Origin: Eledone cirrhosa
Lineage: Eukaryota
Reading direction: 5' to 3'
Assembly: GCA_964016885.1 (NCBI GenBank)
Contig: OZ024740.1
Location: 227,540,001-227,604,000 of the forward strand
DNA: 64,000 nucleotides
Shown here: positions 54,227 to 64,000 of the stretch, one piece after another
Numbering within the stretch: position 1 is the first letter of the stretch
Layout of the letters: each line of letters starts with the position of its first letter
Program-made: the position numbers and the translations under genes
Notes under the pieces: model-generated
The model's input: the letters and a program-made list of their open reading frames with translations, nothing else
Told to the model about the DNA's origin: nothing
The model's database searches: none

Positions 54227-54346
54227 GAGATATGTAGTAAAAGATCTGTAATTTTTTAAAAGCTGATACAATGCAGTAGAAAAATAGGAAGGGCAAATGA
54301 TGACAAATAAAACAAAACAAAGTGTAAAACACAGTGTATTTTAGCA

Positions 54347-54380
54347 TAATATTTCAGGGCTATTAGCCCCTTTTCAGGTA
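54347..54380 (-). ncRNA. Degenerate minimal hammerhead-like motif
   Basis: - strand CUGAAaA-gGGGCU(aau)AGCCCu-GAAAUAUU; one core substitution; AAUAUU palindrome. Confidence 0.4.
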
Positions 54381-55144
54381 TTATACAAGAACCGTATGTT
54401 AGGTTTTTATATTAGGAACGAATTTGAGTAAATCTTTCAAAATTCTGCATTGAAGGAGAGTATATTTCTTTATAAATACGGTCACAAAAGGGTTAAAACG
54501 TGTTCCTATTGCTCCACATATTGTACCATGTTAAGAACATTGAGTAATTTGGATGAAAAAAATTATAATAATTTATATCTAATTTGAGAAAGGAAAAGAC
54601 CAAAACTTACTATGTTGTAGTTGGTAAGATATGTTTCTTTATTAGCCACAGGGGTACAAAAGAAGGGAACAAATACAAGATAGTTACCTGTTAAGTGGAA
54701 TAGCTGATGATGATGATTAGAAGAGGTGAAGAAATAGAAGTGTAGTAAATGATAGAAAGGTGGTAAAATAGAGAATAAAAGAGATGAGAGGATGTCAAGG
54801 AAGGAAGAAATGCAATTTCATTGAACTATGAATATTTTAACAACCGGTTGACTGAGCTATCAAACTTTTATCCATATGTATATGTTATAATGTAAATATG
54901 ATGTTATAATAGGGTAAATCTAGAATCTGATGACCAGAAGATTGTAAAAGTATATGTTCTGTGCAGTGATAAATTTAGTAAACAACATTCCATGACTCTC
55001 ACCTTTATTGGAGAACTGAGGCAAAATATTTTTTAAAAATGAATGTGAAGGAGGAAGGATACATTTTATAAAAAGAGTGATGACTTGAAATACAATGAAC
55101 AAAGCAAAGTTGCAGAGGAAAGTATCTATGCAAACCATGAAAAG

Positions 55145-55670
<526 letters not shown>

Positions 55671-56099
55671 TATATATTATAATATATATATATATACATA
55701 CATATATGTATATATGTATGTATATATAAATATATACATACATATATACATATATATATGAACAAACATATAAGTGCTCATGTGCTCTTCCTCATTCTCA
55801 TCAACTAAGAATAAACATTAACCAATCCTCTAGATTCAATATAAAACAGACAACCTTATAAAGTAAAGAAGTGATTAACTTTCACTTGAAACCATTAGAA
55901 GGACAACAGAATTACAAGTGTCACTGTCACAGAATTACAAGTGTAGACTGTCATGTGACAGTGTAGACTGTCATGTGACAGTGTAAGATGATTGACAATA
56001 GAGAAAGTCTATATTTATTGCTCAGCAAAACTTCAATGACAGAACTCATTAAAATAATTCTTTTTACAACCAGTTCTTTGCAAATTAGGTACAGTTCTC

Positions 56100-56138
<39 letters not shown>

Positions 56139-56226
56139 ATAAAAAATTGAACAGGGACAGAACAGAGAGGCAGTACGACAAATGTTTATTAGATTCACGC
56201 TCAGGAGAGTGGGGGGTAGGTGGAGG

Positions 56227-56258
56227 ACGACGTTTCGGGCATAAGCCCTTCTTCAGGT
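56227..56258 (-). ncRNA. Minimal hammerhead-like motif in a second PLE pLTR-like element (about 56140-56345)
   Basis: - strand ac-CUGAAGA-A-GGGC(uuau)GCCC-GAAAC-GUC^-gu: perfect 4-bp stem II, GUC triplet, ACGU palindrome; stem I only 2 bp. Confidence 0.65.
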
Positions 56259-56361
56259 AAGAGTTCAAAAGGTGTGTAGGGGAGTGGTGGAGAGACATAT
56301 AGCGAAAGGAAACGGTGCGAATGAAAAATTAACAAATAAAGACAAAAATATAATAAATAAT

Positions 56362-56440
56362 AAATATATATATATATGGAGAGTGGGGTGAGTGTGTGTA
56401 TATCTATGTATGTATATGTACTTACATTTATATATATATT

Positions 56441-56472
<32 letters not shown>

Positions 56473-56485
56473 AGTATGTATGAGA

Positions 56486-56533
<48 letters not shown>

Positions 56534-56594
56534 AGAGTGGGGTGAGTGTGTGTATATCTATGTATGTATATGTACTTACATTTATATATATATT

Positions 56595-56626
<32 letters not shown>

Positions 56627-56639
56627 AGTATGTATGAGA

Positions 56640-56678
<39 letters not shown>
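56362..56678. repeat. About 154-bp tandem duplication of TA-rich sequence
   Basis: tggagagtggggtgagtgtgtgtatatctatg...taagtatgtatgagag at 56377 and 56531. Confidence 0.85.
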
Positions 56679-56683
<5 letters not shown>

Positions 56684-57707
56684 CACAAGTATCAAAGTTA
56701 TGTTCAAATCCTTTAATCACTGACAATTGTTTCTTCCAAACTTTAGTTTGGAGTCATCGGAGCATTATCAATGCTTGTACATATAATTAACCTCCTATTC
56801 AACTGAACAATCATATAGATACATATATATTGATGTTGTGAACAACAGTTTAGTATTTACAGGGTGTAATGGATGTGACATATATTATACGAGAATTGTA
56901 CAATAATTCAAATTAAGATTAAAATTAAAATTAAAATTAAAATTAAAAGCACAGAGTGGAATACATGCGACAAATAATACAAGAGAATAGTCTAATAATT
57001 AAAGAGGCATTTATTAATAAATTAAAGAGGCATATATATATATATATATACATATGCATATATAAGACCTCTACAAATGCATAAACATTTTAAATACACT
57101 GTTAAACAGACATTTATATACAATTACGATATATACTAATGACTTGCTCTCAATAGTGTATGTTGTTGCTGATGATGATGATGATATGATATGATATTGA
57201 TGTTGATGAATATTACGATGGTGATGATGATGGTGATGTCACTGAGTGGAAAGAATAATTGTGTGATAATAATAAAGGGTGCAGAAGGAGGCGGAAGAAT
57301 AAAACCTTGTAGTTGTGAAACTGTGTTTGAAAGTGCTAATGAACAATCCAAACCCAAAATAATGTCTTCTCTCTCTTTTCTCATTGTATCACTACTTCTG
57401 CCCTACTCCACTCCATTTTTATCCCAACCACACTCACACCAACACCTCCACCTCTACCACCACCACTACTTAACTTCTCTTTGAAAGTGAACATTAAATA
57501 CATCAAAATAAGGAATTTAACGAAAAACGAACAAAAACAATTGGAAAAATAGATGAAATATCAAAATATAAGGAACAGGTTTCAAAACACATTTTCCTTT
57601 CAATATGTTCTTATACTTCTCTCTCTATATATATATATATGTGTGTATATATATATACGTATGTATTTGAGCACATATATGTGTATATGTTCATATATAT
57701 GTAAGCC

Positions 57708-57778
<71 letters not shown>

Positions 57779-57908
57779 ATATATATATATGTATAAATAT
57801 ATGTGTATATATATATATATGTATATACGTATATATATATATATGTATAAATATATGTATGTATATATATATGTATATATATATATATATATATATAAAT
57901 GTATATAC

Positions 57909-57944
<36 letters not shown>

Positions 57945-57952
57945 GTATATAC

Positions 57953-58002
<50 letters not shown>

Positions 58003-58251
58003 GTATAAATATATGTATATATATACGTATATAAATATATATACGTATATATATATATATACGTATATAAATATATGTGTGTGTGTGTGTATATATACAC
58101 ATGCATATGTACATATGTATATATATGTGTATATGTATATATATATATATGTGTATATGTATGTATATATATATATATATGTAAATATGTATATGTATGT
58201 ATATATATATATACATATATATGTATATGTATGTAAATATGTTTATATATA

Positions 58252-58309
<58 letters not shown>

Positions 58310-58492
58310 TATAAATAAATATACACTAACATGTATACATCAGTGGCATACCATAATAATCTTACTAGAATAAGCAAACTAGATGTTGCATATTTGCCAA
58401 ATTGTAGCATCAGATACAAATCAAAAGTTTATCTGATTATTAATGTGCTATATGATATTATTCTGAAATGTTAGTCATTATTCAAGTACTAT

Positions 58493-58670
58493 AATAATTA
58501 TTTCTACTTTTTGGCACAAGGCCAGCAATTACTCAGTACATTACTGGTACTTTATTTTATCGACCCTGTAAGGATGAAAGGCAAAGTTAACCTCGGCGGA
58601 ATTTGAACTCAGAATGGCAAGGGCCGTAACTCTATGCGTCAAAACATGGCGTCCGACCCTCTACCGATAC
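58493..58670 (-). mobile_element. SINE family A, near full length
   Basis: Reverse complement of the family A consensus. Confidence 0.9.
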
Positions 58671-58916
58671 TGGATCCTAGTAGTATACAATATTATCAAA
58701 CAAAAGACAAAGTTAAATATTCAAATATGGAGTAATTAGGGTATACAATGTTTGCCTTGTCTCTTAGGAATACATGCCACTGGTATTTAGGATAGATTTG
58801 ATATAGTAGGAAGATATAAATAGATACATATTATATATATATTAGTATATATATATATATAAGTATATATATATAAATATATATATATATATTTATATAC
58901 ATATATATATAATGTA

Positions 58917-58961
<45 letters not shown>

Positions 58962-58976
58962 CATATATATGTATAA

Positions 58977-59022
<46 letters not shown>

Positions 59023-59024
59023 AA

Positions 59025-59103
<79 letters not shown>

Positions 59104-59634
59104 TATAATCTAAACTAAAAAAGACATACATGTTTCAATAAAAAATAAATTGATGGTTCAATCAAATTCAGCTATAAGATGAAAGCAAAAATTCCATGAC
59201 AGAAGTTTTTCAGAAAATGAAAACAAACAAAATTAAACATTCTCATAGAAGAATAAATAATAATAATAAATTCTTTGCAAATTCATTTTAATTTCAAATT
59301 ACCAAATGATTTTTTAATGATAGATGATAAACATTAAGAAAATATTGTTACCAATAATGATAATGATGATGATTATTATTATTTAGTTGTAATAATAATA
59401 ATAGTAATGTAAGGTTTCTCTAGCAATCTCTTGCTAGGGGAAGCATGTTAATTGGCCTCAGATCAGTTCCTGATCTCAGAGGATCAATATTTCGTTTAGG
59501 ATTCTGGCAGTGCTAGTGATGGTAGAAAATTGGGCACTGCCTATGAAGTCAGGGATTTCAAAGCTTTTGATGAAAAGCATAAGACGTTTTAGGGACCTTG
59601 ACTAGCACCCCAATATCGATTGGCACGATAATAA

Positions 59635-59669
<35 letters not shown>

Positions 59670-59974
59670 GAATGATTAAACTATATGACAGCTGAAAAAA
59701 GCACTGTCCAGAAATATCCAATATATGAAGGTGTTTTGACGAAAAGGGGGCATTTAAACATTAAAATGGAAGAGTATTTGGCAGTAATTTCATGATGTGC
59801 TGTGGTAAATACACTTAATGCAATTATCACCTTCACACAATTTTTACACTTGCATGAATGCACAAATGCACATGCACATTAGTTTACGAATAATCAATTG
59901 TCTGTACGTAGTGTTTTGGTATGTGAAGCAAACTATATAAATATAAATTTTGTATGTCTATATGTGTATGTAAG

Positions 59975-60014
<40 letters not shown>

Positions 60015-60083
60015 GTAACAACAGTTACAGGTGGTGTGTATGTGAGTATATATATATAATATAATATACATATGTATATGTAC

Positions 60084-60123
<40 letters not shown>

Positions 60124-62007
60124 ATGAGTGTGTGTTTGTAAAGTAGACATGTATGGCTGTTCCACATGTGGTTTATCAATAGTAGGTGGCCATCTTCAGT
60201 GGTAAGCAGGAGACATCAAACAAAAGAAGACAAAGAAGAAGAAAAATGTATAAATCTATATTAATTATTTATACTCTCAACTTCCATAAAAACAAACAAA
60301 TGAACCAGTACAAAAGGCAATTTAACAACTTGAAAACTTTGAACCTTCTATCAACACATTGCTTACACTTGAAGATGAAAATTGGTTGTTGTTTTCTTTC
60401 TTTACTTCTTCCCTCTTATAATTCCTTTGATGATGATGATTGTCAATTTGATTTCTATATCTTTCTGGATTATTTTTTTTTTAATATAATTTTTTTTTTT
60501 TTGGTCATTCCCTGCATGTTTCCATGTTTAGCATTACAGTTGTCTACCCAACATATTTGAACACCTACTGATATAACTGACTTATGGATTTTCTTTGACT
60601 GTCTATTCAGTGTGTGTATATGTGTGTGTATTATTCCAAAAGAAAAAAAATATTACACCCATTGTGTGTGTGTGACAAACAATTGGTATAATATATTCTA
60701 TTGTTTTGCAGCTACTCTAATTGAAAAAAATAACAAAACACTTCTGTTTATTATCTTGAAGACAACAGAACAATAATAATAATTATGATAATAATAATAA
60801 TAATGATAAATAATGATGATTACCCATAATGCGAGGGGTATCTCTCACTCCTTTCTTGAGTACAAAAGAAAGACAGAAAAAAAGAAAGAAAAAAAACAAA
60901 CTCCTTCCCAATGGTTGTGCCCTAATTCATGGGTTGTGATTTTCATTGCTGTTTGAAGGAAAATAATTTAGTTTGCAAACAAAAGCAAAAAAGTGAAACA
61001 AAAAAAATAAAAAATAATAAAATAAAAAGAACAATAAATACACCAACTGAATAATGCCATACTATAAAACATGCAAGTTTTGAAAAATGGAATAATAATA
61101 ATAATAATGATAATAATAATATTAATAATAATAATAGCCATGTTTGTAAATTTTAAACAGAAATAATAAAATGTAATGTGAGAGAAGAGAGAAAAGAAAA
61201 CACTATGTTCATGCTTGACTTTTTTTAATCACTTCTTGTGTTTTTTCAGTCCAAAACATTCTAACCTGAAAAATGAAACAAAAAAAAACATATCTTTACC
61301 CCCCACCAAAAAAAGGAACAAATTTAAAATTTAATGAAAGACCCCCATTCCCCATCCCAAAAAAGAAATATTCTTGTGGGACCCAAATATTTTAATTACC
61401 GATCTAAAAGCTAACCTAATATAAATTTAATAATTTAATCATAGGGCTTAAAGTTTAGAAGCCAATCATTTTCAAATCTACATGGAGAAGGAAAAATAGA
61501 CAGCAAAATACAAACTCAGTTCTTTGGTCACACATTAAAGATCTCAGTAAAATTAAAATGTAATGGGTGCTTAATAGCGCATTGAAAGGAATAAAGTGCA
61601 AAGAAATCTCTGCAACAAACTTCATGAAAAATGAAAATGTTTATCTTCTTCTGTTCTCTGGTTGTGCTCAATTATTATTACATCACACACACAAAAACCA
61701 AAAGCAATTTTTCTTTAGCAAATTAAGAAAAAAAGATATATTAACAGAACCAATTTCAGATGGAATTATATCATTCACAATTTTATACTGACACATACAC
61801 ACACGCACATATGTGTGTGTGTGTATATATATATATAGATGCATATATGTATGCATGTATGTATATACATACATGCATGTATGTATTATATATATATATA
61901 TATATATGTATGTATATGTGTATATATATATATATATATACATATAATATGTATATATACATACGTATTATGTGTGTGTGTACATATATGTTTATATACA
62001 TATGTAT

Positions 62008-62038
<31 letters not shown>

Positions 62039-62064
62039 ACATATAATATGTATATATACATACG

Positions 62065-62110
<46 letters not shown>

Positions 62111-63275
62111 GATTTTTAAAAAAGTTTTAACTGCTGAAAATAATTTTCATTTTTTTCCTTTAGAATTGAATATTAGTTTAAATACGTATAAGTATATATA
62201 AAAGGAGAAGAAAAAAGTGTAGAACTCAATATATACTTTCAGTCTTTTATAGCAATGATTGCAATAATATGGAATGTTTTAGTAAATGAAAGAAATAATA
62301 TTATCAGGAGATATTTTGATGGATCAACCAGGTAAAAGATCAGAATTTTTTTCTGAATATATTTAGAATCTATACAAAAATACACACAAAATACAAATTG
62401 AAAACTAACTGGAATTAATTGTAATGTAACAAAAAAATTGGAAAGTATATTATTTTCAAAACGTTTATAACAACAACTCTTTAATTACTGGATAACGAAG
62501 AATTAAAAAAATAGAATTGCTGACTGTAATTTCACAATATTTAAACATCATTTTGAAAGAGTTAACTGAAACATTAAAACTATAAACTTATCTACTAAAA
62601 TAAGTTTAGCAAATAGCATCTTACATTTTATGAATTTTTCTTTTTATTTCTAATTTTTTTTTTTTGCAGGACTCTTTAATATATATATAAATATCTAGAA
62701 TGTTTTGTTGAATAATTGAAAGATGAGGCAAATTATATATATATAATCAAAATTAAAAAGCTTTGCTCGACTGCTGAATATATATATAGAAAAAAAATTC
62801 ATTTATTTATAAACATGCCTTGCTTAAATTTAGCCTTATGTATTAATATTTCCAAAGAAAAATATTGAAAATAAAAATAATAGATCTAACTAAATACTGG
62901 GGATTATTTCCAGGGATTTCCCAGGTTTAAATACTATATTTCTTTAAATTACATATTAATTAAATATATAAATAAATAGACCTTCATCTAATAACTGCAA
63001 AGCTGTAATTAAGCTTAGAGCTTGTTCATTAGCTAAATACAAAACAAAAACAAAAAAACAAGATTGGAAATAATGGAATAATTCATATCATATTTATCTT
63101 TAAATACATAAACTCATTAAATCTAGGAAAAATATAATAAAAAAGAAAATCAACAATTAATTAGCAACAATAAATAAATTTGTCAGCTAATGTTTTGTTT
63201 ATTTTCTTTAATTTTCAAATTTCATTATTTTGAAAATTAAAGATTAAGCCACAATTTAACAGATAACACTCTCAC

Positions 63276-63325
<50 letters not shown>

Positions 63326-63563
63326 CATATATATAATATATATATACATATATATAATATATATACACATATATATAATATATATATACATATATATAAT
63401 ATATAGATACATATATATAATATATAGATACATATATATAATATATAGATACATATATATAATATATATATATACATATATATAATATATATATACATAT
63501 ATATAATATATATATACATATATATAATATATATATACATATATATAATATATATATATATAT

Positions 63564-63678
<115 letters not shown>

Positions 63679-64000
63679 CATATATATACATATATATATA
63701 CATATATATACATACACATATACATATATGCATAATACGTGCACATACCCACATATGTGTCACATATTGAAAATATATTATTACTCTTCTTTACAAAACA
63801 CACATATAGCTTCCTATTAAACTTACCACATTATTTAAAATTGCAATATGGAATATAATTTTGCCAGTTTCTTTATTTTTCCTATTCACTTGTGTTGCTA
63901 ATGATTTATTTTAATTACTTTACCAATTTATTATTATTAACAATAATAATAATAAATAGTTAATAACAAATAAAAAATAAATTCTTATTTTTCATAATAA

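Overview
AT-rich, microsatellite-dense animal genomic DNA. The repeat content (tRNA-headed CORE-type SINEs with (GAT)n tails, RTE/Penelope/Tx1/Ingi-like fragments, very long (TA)n/(TG)n runs) suggests a coleoid cephalopod, probably Octopus; this is an inference. Almost all ORFs in the supplied track are microsatellite artefacts. The only host gene I can support is the 3' end of a + strand cell-surface protein, in three phase-1 exons (28160-28273, 38206-38367, 49258-49403). They splice to one complete fibronectin type III domain followed by a GPI-anchor-like hydrophobic C-terminus, typical of contactin/L1/NCAM-type adhesion molecules; no upstream exon was found. Non-coding highlights: (i) seven minimal hammerhead-ribozyme-like motifs of the Penelope type, intact or decayed, all on the - strand, including a 105-bp tandem pair; (ii) six long inverted repeats, the largest with 240-bp arms and a 7-nt loop in the last intron; (iii) a Penelope reverse-transcriptase remnant; (iv) a Tx1-like LINE inserted in (GATA)n; (v) several minisatellites, one amplified from an RTE LINE motif; (vi) an intronic CpG-retaining patch; (vii) a tandem splice donor that could switch the protein between GPI-anchored and secreted forms.
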